Shown in pieces: positions 47,158-56,543 of a DNA stretch of 64,000 bases (within the stretch, counting starts at the first letter, position 1; each line of letters opens with the position of its first letter). A model generated the notes under the pieces. The model was given only the letters and a program-made list of their open reading frames with translations. It was not told the origin of the DNA and searched no databases. The translations under genes were made by a program, and so were the position numbers. Source of the DNA: Candidatus Onthoplasma sp. (GTDB lineage: Bacteria > Bacillota > Clostridia > Christensenellales > UBA1242); contig JAZQYA010000001.1 of assembly GCA_045633245.1 (NCBI GenBank), positions 3,017 to 67,016 on the forward strand, written 5' to 3'.

Positions 47158-49212
47158 ATGAAACATTTAAAAACATTGCTTTGTTCGTTATTTGTTATTT
47201 GTTCTGGATTGGTGTTATTTGCCTGTGGTGACAAATCTCTCAAATTCGATGTTAACAAGGTTCTTATTGATGAAGAAAGAGTTTTTACTTATGATGGAGA
47301 AGAGCATGTGATTGAAGTTTCGTATGAAGGTGTTGATGCGGAAATCACATTTGCATTAGAAGATGATAAAAACAACTTCAAGCAATTAGAAGATTTTGAT
47401 ATCATAAATGCAGGGGAATATAACTTTTATTATAGATTATCAGCTAATGGTTATAAAACTTTCACATCCACAGAAACCTTTAACATAACAATTCAACCAA
47501 AGCCAATTGATATTTCTGTGGAAGATCAAGTTTGGATTAAAAGCAAAAACCCCAACAAAATTAATGTTTCTTACACAACAACAAGCCAAGATCAGGTTGA
47601 ACTTGAATTTAGTTTTGGTGAGGAATTTGATCTAAATTCTGCTCAATACGGAGATGAATATCCTATTTATTGCTCAGCAACTGATTCGAATTATGTTGTG
47701 AACAATATTTCAGCAACCTTGCGCGTGAGTGACATTGTTGAAGTTAGAAACAACGATGGAGTTCTTCAAAATTGTTATTCAAGTCTTAATGATGCGGTTT
47801 TAAATGCTAACAGTGGTGACACTTGCATTTTAAATAGTTCTATCTACTTAACTGAATCAATTGAAATAACAAAAGATATTACAATTGATGGACAAAACAA
47901 TAATTATGGCATAAGAGCATCAAATGTGGAATTTGCTTGTTCACGATATGCAGGAAAAGATGTGGCATCAATTTTTAGTGTTATAGATGATAATGCACGT
48001 TTAATATTAAAAGATATTGATTTAAATGGAAATCAAGTTGTGAGAGGTGTTTCTGCTTTTGCTGGAAAAGTTGTAATTGATAATGCAAACATAACTAATG
48101 GCAAAAAGAATGACAGTTGGAGATCTGGTGGTGTTTATATAACCAAATCTGCTAGTTTTGAAATGCTTTCTGGTAAGATTAATAAAAATAACCCAAATGA
48201 TGAAACTTACACTAAATATTGCGCTGATTTATGGATTGGTGCCAATGCAAACGGAACATTGGCATCAATCACAGGCGGGGAAATTGAAAGTGTGTTTGTG
48301 AATTCTAATGAATATTCAGCCAATGGTGCGGGTAAATTTTTCGTTAATGGCGGAAAAATAACAAATGTTTATGTAGAATATGACAGCGGTTATGGTGCTC
48401 AATTAGATTATAAAACGGGTGAAATTGAACACTTAATGATTGCATATAAAAATGACAATTCAAAAGTCTATGGTCATTGCTATGAAATTGCTCCAACTGA
48501 AAATCAAACATATTTTGGTGGAAAAATTTATTCAAACAGCTCAACAGCAGTTAAATATGAAAATGAAACTTATAATACTTTAAACTTGGAAAAAGGAAGA
48601 ACCTATATTTTTGAAAATTGCACATTTAATAATCCTTTAAGTTTAACAGATAAAGTTGGTTTAATTTTCAATGATTGTAGATTTTCATCAACTGAAGTTG
48701 CAACAATTTTATATGTAACATCTGTTTCAAATTTGATTATCAATAACTGCACATTTGATGGAAACACATCGGGTGGATATGCGATTGAAGTAAACCAATA
48801 TTCTGCAACTTGTGAAAACTTGATTATATCAAACAACATTTTCAACACTACTAATAATAAAAATGTTTCAATTTCAATTAAAGAAAGACTTGGATTCACA
48901 GACACGAACATTGCAGAAGAATGGGCAAAAGTTGAAAATCAGGGTTTAATTGAATGTCAAGTTAAAATTATTGGTAACGATTTCACTACGGGAAACAACA
49001 TTATTTGTATTGGTGAAGGTCCTAATCCTGGCAACATTCCGGCAAACACTTCAACAGGCGATTTTGATTTATTATTAAGTGAAAATCTTGATGCGTTAAC
49101 AATTTACAACAAATATAAAGATCATGCATATGTTGAAGAGCAAGATGCTTCAAAGGTTAATGTTGACGCAAAAGCGATTTATGATTCAACAATAGAAGCA
49201 TTTGAATATTAA
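47158..49212 (+). CDS. Surface lipoprotein with N-terminal Ig/MBG-like repeats and a right-handed parallel beta-helix region
   Basis: Signal peptide plus lipobox (LVLFACG). The C-terminal half has repeated NxxF/GN turns (NNCTFDGN, ISNNIFN, IIGNDFT) typical of pectate-lyase-fold repeats. Confidence 0.7.
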   Translation: MKHLKTLLCSLFVICSGLVLFACGDKSLKFDVNKVLIDEERVFTYDGEEHVIEVSYEGVDAEITFALEDDKNNFKQLEDFDIINAGEYNFYYRLSANGYKTFTSTETFNITIQPKPIDISVEDQVWIKSKNPNKINVSYTTTSQDQVELEFSFGEEFDLNSAQYGDEYPIYCSATDSNYVVNNISATLRVSDIVEVRNNDGVLQNCYSSLNDAVLNANSGDTCILNSSIYLTESIEITKDITIDGQNNNYGIRASNVEFACSRYAGKDVASIFSVIDDNARLILKDIDLNGNQVVRGVSAFAGKVVIDNANITNGKKNDSWRSGGVYITKSASFEMLSGKINKNNPNDETYTKYCADLWIGANANGTLASITGGEIESVFVNSNEYSANGAGKFFVNGGKITNVYVEYDSGYGAQLDYKTGEIEHLMIAYKNDNSKVYGHCYEIAPTENQTYFGGKIYSNSSTAVKYENETYNTLNLEKGRTYIFENCTFNNPLSLTDKVGLIFNDCRFSSTEVATILYVTSVSNLIINNCTFDGNTSGGYAIEVNQYSATCENLIISNNIFNTTNNKNVSISIKERLGFTDTNIAEEWAKVENQGLIECQVKIIGNDFTTGNNIICIGEGPNPGNIPANTSTGDFDLLLSENLDALTIYNKYKDHAYVEEQDASKVNVDAKAIYDSTIEAFEY

Positions 49213-49260
49213 AAAACAAAACTCCTTAGTCAAGCACTTTTGAAACGAACGTAATAATTG
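49211..49260 (+). repeat. Left copy of a roughly 50-bp imperfect inverted repeat (3' UTR element)
   Basis: AAAAAACAAAACTCCTTAGTCAAGCACTTTTGAAACGAACGTAATAATTG matches the reverse complement of 50535-50590 at about 40 of 50 positions, with one 6-nt indel. Confidence 0.6.
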
Positions 49261-49293
49261 AGAGTTAAGATAGAAATGCCTTAACTCTTTTTT
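49261..49293 (+). terminator. Rho-independent terminator of the beta-helix lipoprotein gene
   Basis: AGAGTTAAG (49261-49269) pairs with CTTAACTCT (49280-49288), followed by T5. Confidence 0.75.
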
Positions 49294-49316
49294 AACGGCA
49301 ACTTTATGCCGTGAAA

Positions 49317-49453
49317 GGTACTTAACAAGAGAAGAAATGAAAACATAATATCAAAAGGCAGAGAAACGAAAAACAAAAGTATACGCACACATATCGTTTC
49401 TCTGTCTTAACCAACAAATGAAAAACTCATTTCAGAGACTCTTGTCAAGTACA
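49317..49453. ncRNA. Nested-helix RNA candidate with 6S-like architecture (strand uncertain; the minus strand is slightly favoured)
   Basis: Three coaxially nested helices: 49318-49331/49439-49452, 49334-49340/49427-49433 and 49357-49369/49394-49406. They enclose a 16/20-nt asymmetric bubble and a 24-nt terminal loop. Confidence 0.4.
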
Positions 49454-49477
49454 CCATGGAATACATAGGTATAACAG

Positions 49478-49523
49478 CAAAAAGCGAAAGTGTGTTACGC
49501 TCTACCAACACTTTCGCTTTTTG
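49478..49523. terminator. Bidirectional terminator (probably ends the 273-aa gene transcript)
   Basis: Perfect 11-bp stem AGCGAAAGTGT (49483-49493) / ACACTTTCGCT (49508-49518), with A5 before and T5 after. Confidence 0.7.
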
Positions 49524-49544
49524 TCTGATTTATTTAATCGATAT

Positions 49545-49601
49545 GAGTGTGCTTGTCTGTTGGAGCGAAGCGATCACCACTTGTATATGATAAGCACACT
49601 C
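49545..49601. other. Long-loop hairpin immediately 3' of the 273-aa ORF
   Basis: Perfect 10-bp stem GAGTGTGCTT (49545-49554) / AAGCACACTC (49592-49601) with a 37-nt loop. Confidence 0.4.
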
Positions 49602-49620
49602 CTATGTGTCAATTCAATTT

Positions 49621-50442
49621 CTATTTACTAAAAATATCTTCAAAATCTGTAGAATCCCAATGTGATTGCCAATTACGGATAACTCCAACTCTTAATTGAT
49701 GAGGATTTGGGAAATTTTGTTGCTGTAAACTTCCGCAAAGTTCTGCAACTTCATTTGGGTTAACATTATAAGCAGAAGAAAATGCTGAATATAGATTTCC
49801 CATTTGTTTGCCCGAGACAATAGAATATATTGGTAGTTCTATATCGTTGTATGACATGTAACTTTTAATTGCGGAAAGGTCTTTAAACCAATCACTATTT
49901 AAAACATATTCAATACTTTCTCTCAAAGTAAAGTGACGCAATTTTTTAAATGATTGTGCAACATCTTCAAGTGAACTACTAGGAATACCAATCCCAACAA
50001 AATAAGATGAGTTTATTTTATCTCTTACTCTATATTCGCCATCAAGCCAATCACTAAAATGTTTTGGGTTAAACTCTTTTGTTGTAGAGGGATTGTCTAA
50101 AATGCTTTTATCTAAAATAATACTTAAACCACTAGAAACAAAACAATTATAACTTTCGCTTATTTTTGTTGGATCTACAAAACTTGGTTTTTGACAAATT
50201 GATATGTGATCTCTACCATTACACTTTGGCGAACGAGAGCGAGAATTGTGAAATGCAAAGTCATTTGACTGCAAATTTTCACTTAATATGGCATTAGCGT
50301 CAAGTATAGCTCTCAATCTATTTAGTTTTTGTTGTGGCTCTAAATATGTTCCAATTCCATGAAATAAACACTCGTCAAGGTTAATCTCTTGTGGGATTAC
50401 TCTTTTGGGTGTTGTATGACCATTTTTAATGTTGCATTTCAT
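49621..50442 (-). CDS. Hypothetical protein (273 aa), orphan
   Basis: Long ORF with AGGAGG upstream (complement of about 50450-50455). No signal peptide, no TM segment and no motif I can assign. Confidence 0.65.
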   Translation of the reverse strand: MKCNIKNGHTTPKRVIPQEINLDECLFHGIGTYLEPQQKLNRLRAILDANAILSENLQSNDFAFHNSRSRSPKCNGRDHISICQKPSFVDPTKISESYNCFVSSGLSIILDKSILDNPSTTKEFNPKHFSDWLDGEYRVRDKINSSYFVGIGIPSSSLEDVAQSFKKLRHFTLRESIEYVLNSDWFKDLSAIKSYMSYNDIELPIYSIVSGKQMGNLYSAFSSAYNVNPNEVAELCGSLQQQNFPNPHQLRVGVIRNWQSHWDSTDFEDIFSK

Positions 50443-50501
50443 TTATTTTGTCCTCCTATTTAATATTATAACAGAAAATCTTAATTATTTCAATACATTC
50501 A

Positions 50502-50533
50502 ACAAAAAAGCAAACCACACAAATGATTTGCTT
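50502..50533 (-). terminator. Rho-independent terminator of uppP
   Basis: AAGCAAA (50508-50514) pairs with TTTGCTT (50527-50533), with a U-run on the minus strand. Confidence 0.65.
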
Positions 50534-50534
50534 T

Positions 50535-50590
50535 CAAATATTACACTAGTTTCAAAAGTTGGTGACTTTTTGTAAGGAGTTTTTTGTTTA
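50535..50590 (-). repeat. Right copy of the roughly 50-bp imperfect inverted repeat (3' UTR element)
   Basis: The reverse complement TAAACAAAAAACTCCTTACAAAAAGTCACCAACTTTTGAAACTAGTGTAATATTTG aligns with 49211-49260. Shared blocks are AAACTCCTTA, ACTTTTGAAAC and GTAATA. Confidence 0.6.
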
Positions 50591-51337
50591 TAAAAACAAC
50601 ACGACAAATAAACTTAGCACAATTAGATAAATACTGAAAAAGTATAGTTTATTATTTTTCACTGTTTTAAGCATGATTTTTATGGAGATTAATCCAAAAA
50701 TAAATGATGACAGCATAACTAAAAATATTCCTAACCAGTTTATTGTGATTTGTGAGAAAAATAATTTGTAGCTTTCATAGATTGCACTTGCAACAATAAC
50801 AGGAATGCTCATCAAAAATGAAAAATCAAGAGATTTCTTTTTTTCAACACCAATCAATAGTCCGCAAACCAAGGTTGAACCGCTTCGTGATATTCCGGGT
50901 AGAAGAGCAAATCCTTGACTTAAGCCCATATAAAGAGCAGATTTTTTGTTTATTGATTTTTTGCCATCTTTTCTTAAATCTGCAATCAAAAGCAGTATCG
51001 CAGATAACAAGAAACCCCAAACAAGGGTTTTTGTTGAAAAGTTATCTTCTAAGAACCTGTTAAATAATAGAACTATGATAATGGTTGGAATTGTTGCAAT
51101 AATCAAATTTAAATTTGTTTTGTTTTTCGGAGTTTTAATTAATTCGAAGATTTGTTTTCTGTAGCAATAAAGAACAGCAAACAATGTTCCAATATGTGCA
51201 ACAACGCTGATTAATAGCAAATTATCCAGCTCAAACATGCTTCCAAACAACACAATATGTCCACTGCTTGAAACGGGCAAAAACTCTGTTATGCCTTGAA
51301 TAAATCCTATGAAAATATACTTAATTACGTTTTTCAC
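50588..51337 (-). CDS. uppP: Undecaprenyl-diphosphate phosphatase
   Basis: 249 aa with GFIQGITEFLPVSSSGH and PGISRSGST, the BacA/UppP signatures. Confidence 0.92.
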   Translation of the reverse strand: MKNVIKYIFIGFIQGITEFLPVSSSGHIVLFGSMFELDNLLLISVVAHIGTLFAVLYCYRKQIFELIKTPKNKTNLNLIIATIPTIIIVLLFNRFLEDNFSTKTLVWGFLLSAILLLIADLRKDGKKSINKKSALYMGLSQGFALLPGISRSGSTLVCGLLIGVEKKKSLDFSFLMSIPVIVASAIYESYKLFFSQITINWLGIFLVMLSSFIFGLISIKIMLKTVKNNKLYFFSIYLIVLSLFVVLFL

Positions 51338-51427
51338 TTGAAATTTTTCCTATTTTATTATATTATAAATGTCGTAAGTTAAAAATAAAGATACTTGACG
51401 AAATTTGACAATTAAAAGGAAATTTAA

Positions 51428-52522
51428 ATGAAATTAGGAGTTGTTGGATTGCCAAACGTTGGCAAAAGCACATTGTTTAACGCAATAACAAAAGCTGGCG
51501 CAGAAAGTGCAAATTATCCATTTTGCACAATTGAGCCGAATGTTGGAGTTGTTGATGTTGCTGATAATCGCTTGATTGAACTTGCTGAACTTTATCACAC
51601 AAACAAGATCATTCCAGCGCAAATAGAATTCGTGGATATTGCGGGACTTGTTAAGGGTGCTAGCGAAGGAGCGGGCTTAGGCAACAAATTTTTAAGTCAC
51701 ATTAAAGAAGTCGATGCAATTGTTCATGTTGTGAGATGTTTTCAAAACGATAAGATTATTCACGTTGAAGGTAGTGTTGATGCAATTCGAGATATTGAAA
51801 CAATAAATCTTGAATTGATTTTGGCAGACATTGATGCTGTGACAAAAAGACTAGACAAAATGAAAAAATTTGTTCATGGCGGTTCAGCAGATGCACAAAC
51901 TCAAAAAGAATATGAATTATTAAACAAGATTATGGAACTGTTGAAAGAACAAAAACCAGCAAGACTTTTAAAATGTTCTGCAGATGAAAGAAAAATAGTT
52001 GATAGCTTCTTCCTTATTACAACAAAACCAATAATATATGTTGCAAACACAGCTGATGAACTTGATGATTTCCAAAAGCAAAACATTGAGAAAATCAAGG
52101 AAATTGCAAAAATAGAAAATGCTGAAGTTATTTCTCTTTGCGCAAGAACTGAGGAAGAGTTGGTTAATATGCCAGCAGAAGATAGGGAAATGTTTAAACA
52201 AGAACTTGGAATTGATGTTTCAGGTCTTGAAAAGTTGGTTGTTGCAAGTTATCACTTATTGGGATTAATATCTTATATAACCGCAGGCGAAAAAGAAGTT
52301 AGAGCGTGGACTATAAAAAAGGGAACATTGGCTCCTCAAGCTGCAGGAAAAATTCACACTGATTTTGAAAGAGGATTTATTCGTGCCGACGTGGTTAAAT
52401 ATGATGATTTGATAACTCTTAGAGACTACAATTTATGTCGCGAAAAAGGCAAAGTTTTAAGTGTTGGAAAAGATTATGTTGTTCAAGATGGTGATATAAT
52501 TGTTTTCAAATTTAATGTTTAG
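51428..52522 (+). CDS. ychF: Redox-regulated ATPase YchF
   Basis: 364 aa. Begins MKLGVVGLPNVGKSTLFNA, with a TGS-like C-terminus and an FERGFIRA motif. Confidence 0.93.
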   Translation: MKLGVVGLPNVGKSTLFNAITKAGAESANYPFCTIEPNVGVVDVADNRLIELAELYHTNKIIPAQIEFVDIAGLVKGASEGAGLGNKFLSHIKEVDAIVHVVRCFQNDKIIHVEGSVDAIRDIETINLELILADIDAVTKRLDKMKKFVHGGSADAQTQKEYELLNKIMELLKEQKPARLLKCSADERKIVDSFFLITTKPIIYVANTADELDDFQKQNIEKIKEIAKIENAEVISLCARTEEELVNMPAEDREMFKQELGIDVSGLEKLVVASYHLLGLISYITAGEKEVRAWTIKKGTLAPQAAGKIHTDFERGFIRADVVKYDDLITLRDYNLCREKGKVLSVGKDYVVQDGDIIVFKFNV

Positions 52523-52531
52523 GAGATAAAA

Positions 52532-53089
52532 TTGAAAAAAGAAAAAAAACAGCAAGACGAAATAGAAGAAGTTGTGTTGGGTGAAAAAATCAGAGATGTG
52601 AAAACAAATGAAAAGCAACACTTTTTATTGTTTGTTTCAATGTTGATTTTATTTAATGTGTTATTGATTATATCAGTTTGGTTTGTTTTGCTTCATTTAA
52701 AGAATTGGTACAACTGGGTTTTTTGTTTTGCTCTTTTAGGTGTGGGGTTTGCACTTAGTTTTAAAACATATAGGGATATTAAGAATTTTCATAAATGTGA
52801 ATTATATGATAATGCTATTGTTATAAATTCAATTTGGTTTAACTTAAAAGTTGCTCTGAAAGATATTTATGAAATGAATGTTAAAGTTTCAAAATTAGAT
52901 AAAATTTTTAATTTGAACACAAAGAGTTTGGAAATTAAAATTTTAGGGCATAAAAGGAAAAAATTCACTATTCATTTTATTGAAGAAAATGCCGTTAAAT
53001 TAAAGCAAGAAATCACAATGCTTATAGATAGAAATCAGGAAGAAAATCTGGTGGCAGAAAGTGAATTAAACAAAAAAACGGATGTTTAA
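52532..53089 (+). CDS. Membrane protein, unknown function
   Basis: 185 aa. TTG start with AGGAG 6 nt upstream. Two TM helices, then a soluble domain. Confidence 0.55.
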   Translation: MKKEKKQQDEIEEVVLGEKIRDVKTNEKQHFLLFVSMLILFNVLLIISVWFVLLHLKNWYNWVFCFALLGVGFALSFKTYRDIKNFHKCELYDNAIVINSIWFNLKVALKDIYEMNVKVSKLDKIFNLNTKSLEIKILGHKRKKFTIHFIEENAVKLKQEITMLIDRNQEENLVAESELNKKTDV

Positions 53090-53110
53090 AGCGTCCGTTT
53101 TTTCTTTTTT
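53077..53110 (+). terminator. Rho-independent terminator
   Basis: AACGGATG (53077-53084) pairs with CGTCCGTT (53092-53099) with one G-U pair, followed by a T-run. The loop contains the stop codon. Confidence 0.65.
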
Positions 53111-53114
53111 TCAA

Positions 53115-53891
53115 TTATTTCTTTTCCCAAAGGTTTGTTGCAACGTTTTTAAGCAAATCACCATTGATTACGTATTTTTCAAATAAATTATCAGTTGTGT
53201 TGTAAACATATTTTTCCACATAACTATTTTCTTGAATAATTGGATTAACAAGTTTGTTTACAGGTGGAAGTAATGTTGCAACAACGAGAATGATGTTGCC
53301 AATACAAACAATCAGCGCACCTTTAATAAGTCCTAAAATAAATCCCAACAATTTATTAAGCCCACCTATAACTTTTGTTTTAGATGCATTATCCAACAAC
53401 TTTGTTAACAAAGCAAGCGCTATTCTTAAAATTAAGAATATTAATATTCCGGTTATAACTATCATGGCAATGTTGCCTAAACTTAAACCAATAACAGAGC
53501 CAATTGAATCTGTTGAACTCATGTCAACCTTGTTATTTGAAAATATTATTTTGATGATTTGTGTTAGCAGAGTGTTTACATTATTTGGTATGGCACCTAT
53601 TAAAGCGTCTTTACCGACCGCTTCATAAACATTCACTGATTGAGCAAAGAATTCATTGGTTTTGATTAAACTGTTTGAAATTTTGTTTCCGATCAAACTT
53701 GAGAAATCATATAAAGCATTTATCCATCCAGCAACATGTTTTGCTGCGAAAAATGCAATTGTCACACATAGACCAAAACTGAATATTGATAATATGGATT
53801 TAAAAAATCCTTTTTTTAAGCCAATTAAGCCAAAAATTACCAATAGAGCAACAATAACAATATCAATACCTAAACCTATAACTGTTGTCAT
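53115..53891 (-). CDS. cvpA: CvpA family membrane protein
   Basis: N-terminal IDIVIVALLVIFGLIGLKKGFFKSILS pattern, polytopic. I moved the start to ATG 53891, preceded by AAGGGGA. Confidence 0.7.
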   Translation of the reverse strand: MTTVIGLGIDIVIVALLVIFGLIGLKKGFFKSILSIFSFGLCVTIAFFAAKHVAGWINALYDFSSLIGNKISNSLIKTNEFFAQSVNVYEAVGKDALIGAIPNNVNTLLTQIIKIIFSNNKVDMSSTDSIGSVIGLSLGNIAMIVITGILIFLILRIALALLTKLLDNASKTKVIGGLNKLLGFILGLIKGALIVCIGNIILVVATLLPPVNKLVNPIIQENSYVEKYVYNTTDNLFEKYVINGDLLKNVATNLWEKK

Positions 53892-54069
53892 TTTATCCCC
53901 TTTCAAGCATTCTAGCATAATGAATTTTTTTTGTAAACTTTTTTAATTAGAAAGATTTATTTCTAAATATAAATTTCTTTACGCATAAACTCAATTAGGT
54001 GTCGTAAAATATATTATTTAAACAAAAAATATTTTTTTAGATTAAACCCATTTTCTTTAGTCAAAATAT

Positions 54070-54098
54070 TTGTTAATATTTGCTAGTTGTGATATAAT
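54070..54098 (+). promoter_or_regulatory. Extended -10 promoter of ftsH
   Basis: TTGTTA (54070-54075), a 17-nt spacer ending in TGA, then TATAAT (54093-54098). Confidence 0.55.
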
Positions 54099-54118
54099 AT
54101 AAACTACTGAGGTGAAAC

Positions 54119-56323
54119 ATGGAAAAAAAGAAAAATAATCAGTGGAAATCAATATTCACATACGGATTAATATTGCTATTTGCAGTTTTGTTGATTTATT
54201 GGTTTGTTTCTGAAAATGAAAAAGATAAACAAGTGTCTTACACAGAATTTCAACAAATGGTTGAATATGGCCAAGTTGCAGAAATAGATGTGTATGGCTA
54301 CACGGTTAGAATAAGAAAAGTGGGTGGAGTTTCTGATAAAGACTTCCCCAATAAACTTGATGCATATTGCACTTTCATGAGTTACAATGAATTAGTTGCA
54401 TTTGTTGATGAGTATAATCAAGTTATTCTTGACGCAAGAGACGAAAGTCATCCAGACTTCGATAAGTATTGGGGTAAAGATCCTGAAGGAAACATTGTTT
54501 TATTAAACGGAGTTGTTCTTGTTGATGCCAACTATTCATTTGAAAGCGAATCTTGGTTAAGTCAGGTTCTTCCATATGCAAGCATAATTGTTGTGATCGT
54601 ATTGGGTGTTTTCTTGTTTAGATCTATGTCTGGCAACAACAAAGGTTTTGGTTTTGGAAAATCTAAAGCGAAACTTGTTGTTTCAAGCAATGTGAGATTT
54701 AAAGATGTTGCTGGAGCAGACGAAGAAAAACAAGAATTACAAGAAGTTGTTGAATTCTTAAAAAACCCTGCAAGATTTACCGAGCTTGGAGCGAGAATTC
54801 CTAAAGGTGTGTTATTGGTTGGTCAACCAGGAACAGGTAAAACTCTTCTTGCAAAAGCGGTTGCAGGAGAAAGCAAGGTTCCATTCTTTAGTATATCTGG
54901 TTCAGACTTTGTGGAATTGTATGTTGGTGTGGGTGCAAGTCGTGTTAGAGATTTGTTCGATAACGCAAAAGCAAATTCTCCTTGTATTGTCTTCATTGAC
55001 GAAATCGACGCTGTTGGTCGTCAACGTGGCGCTGGAATGGGCGGCGGAAATGACGAAAGAGAACAAACTCTTAATCAATTGTTGGTTGAAATGGATGGAT
55101 TTGAATCCAATAGCGGAATTATAATTCTTGCAGCAACAAACAGAGCAGATGTTTTAGATCCAGCTCTTACTCGTCCTGGCAGATTTGATCGTCAAATATA
55201 CGTTAATCTTCCAGATGTTAAAGGCAGAGAAGAAATCATTAAAGTTCATGCTAAGAATAAAAAGATTTCAGATGACGTTGATTTCCAAAGAATTGCCAGA
55301 TTAACAAGTGGGCTTGCTGGTGCGGATATTGAAAACGTTTTAAATGAAGCAGCATTGCTTACCGCTCGTGACGGAAGATATAAAATCACAATGGTCGACA
55401 TTCAAGAGGGTTTAAATAAAGCCATGATGGGACCAAAGAAAAAATCTCGAGTTGTTAAAGAAGAAGATAAAATCATCACAGCCATTCACGAAGCAGGGCA
55501 CGCTATTATTGCTCAAACTTTAGATAACTGTGATAATGTTCAAGAAATTTCAATTATTCCTCGTGGTCAAGCTGGAGGATATACGCTAACATTAGATGAA
55601 GAAGATCGTTCACATATGACAAAGAAAAAATTGTTAGACACTATAACAATGATGTTGGGTGGACGAACAGCTGAAGAACTTATGTTAAGCGACATCACAA
55701 CCGGAGCATCTAATGACATTGAAAGAGCAACAAAAGTTGCAAGAAAGATGGTTGCAGAATGGGGAATGAGTGAAAATCTTGGCTTAATCAGTTTTGGAGA
55801 TGGTGGAGAAGTGTTTATTGGTAGAAACTATCAAAAACAAGTTCCATACAGTGATGACTTGGCAAACAAAATTGACAAAGAAATTAAAAATATAATCGAC
55901 ACAGCACACAAGCAAGCAATTGAAATTTTAAAAAGCAAAAAAGACGTTATTGAAAAAGTTAGAGATATCTTGCTTGAAAAAGAAACAATTTATAAAGAAG
56001 AATTCGAAATGCTTTATGATGGGGCAAGTGTTGAAGACGTTAAAAGCGCAATAGATAAAAAAGAAGAAGAAAAACGTGCAATTCAAGATAAAGCAAAGCA
56101 AGAAGCAATTGAAGAACACAAAACAAGAGATATAAAGCAAAGAGTGGAAACTGCTGAAGCGCTTGCAAAAGCAGGTGTTATAACAAAACAAGATTTGGAA
56201 AACATTAAGAAAGATGCAGAAAAAGAATTGAACAATTTGAAAACTGCAAATATCTCTGAAAATTCAAAAGAAAATGCAGCATCTGAAAACAAAATAGATG
56301 ATGAAACAGGCAAAAAGGATTAA
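54119..56323 (+). CDS. ftsH: ATP-dependent zinc metalloprotease FtsH
   Basis: 734 aa with [17 protein letters not shown] (Walker A), IVFIDEIDA, the SRH region and HEAGHAI. It has a long Lys/Glu-rich C-terminal tail. Confidence 0.97.
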   Translation: MEKKKNNQWKSIFTYGLILLFAVLLIYWFVSENEKDKQVSYTEFQQMVEYGQVAEIDVYGYTVRIRKVGGVSDKDFPNKLDAYCTFMSYNELVAFVDEYNQVILDARDESHPDFDKYWGKDPEGNIVLLNGVVLVDANYSFESESWLSQVLPYASIIVVIVLGVFLFRSMSGNNKGFGFGKSKAKLVVSSNVRFKDVAGADEEKQELQEVVEFLKNPARFTELGARIPKGVLLVGQPGTGKTLLAKAVAGESKVPFFSISGSDFVELYVGVGASRVRDLFDNAKANSPCIVFIDEIDAVGRQRGAGMGGGNDEREQTLNQLLVEMDGFESNSGIIILAATNRADVLDPALTRPGRFDRQIYVNLPDVKGREEIIKVHAKNKKISDDVDFQRIARLTSGLAGADIENVLNEAALLTARDGRYKITMVDIQEGLNKAMMGPKKKSRVVKEEDKIITAIHEAGHAIIAQTLDNCDNVQEISIIPRGQAGGYTLTLDEEDRSHMTKKKLLDTITMMLGGRTAEELMLSDITTGASNDIERATKVARKMVAEWGMSENLGLISFGDGGEVFIGRNYQKQVPYSDDLANKIDKEIKNIIDTAHKQAIEILKSKKDVIEKVRDILLEKETIYKEEFEMLYDGASVEDVKSAIDKKEEEKRAIQDKAKQEAIEEHKTRDIKQRVETAEALAKAGVITKQDLENIKKDAEKELNNLKTANISENSKENAASENKIDDETGKKD

Positions 56324-56367
56324 ATTTACTTGCATTAAATTCAATTTTAGTGTAGTATATGGTGGGT

Positions 56368-56543
56368 GAAATTATTTACGAAGCAAGTTCGATATAAGGA
56401 TTCTTAGTTAGCTTGTTTATATGCAAGCATAACCCAATCAAATTAATGGAGAAAATTATATACGAAGCAAGTTCGATATAAGAATTCCATTAATCCGCTT
56501 GTTTATATGCAAGCATAACCCAATCAAATTAATGGAGAAAATT
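56368..56543 (+). repeat. Tandem direct repeat (two units of about 84-86 bp plus a partial third boundary) in the leader of the downstream gene
   Basis: ACGAAGCAAGTTCGATATAAG...GCTTGTTTATATGCAAGCATAACCCAATCAAATTAATGGAGAAAATTAT occurs twice, with unit starts at 56378 and 56462. The internal roughly 20 nt differ between units. Confidence 0.85.

Noticed and set aside
49213-49250. Outward-facing SD plus TTG mini-ORFs inside both inverted-repeat copies (also at 50560-50640), antisense to the flanking genes
   Set aside because: The predicted peptides of 16-20 aa share no similarity beyond the first residues. They would require antisense promoters that I do not see.
49621-50442. Reading LFHGIG / SYFVG / NDIELPIY in the 273-aa protein as an H-Y-E ADP-ribosyltransferase (PARP-like) signature
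   Set aside because: The spacing between the candidate H, Y and E residues does not match known ART folds. The match is too short to be meaningful without a profile or structure search.
56368-56543. Tandem repeat considered as a mini CRISPR array
   Set aside because: There are only two units, about 85 bp long and directly abutting with no repeat-spacer alternation. No cas genes are in the window.
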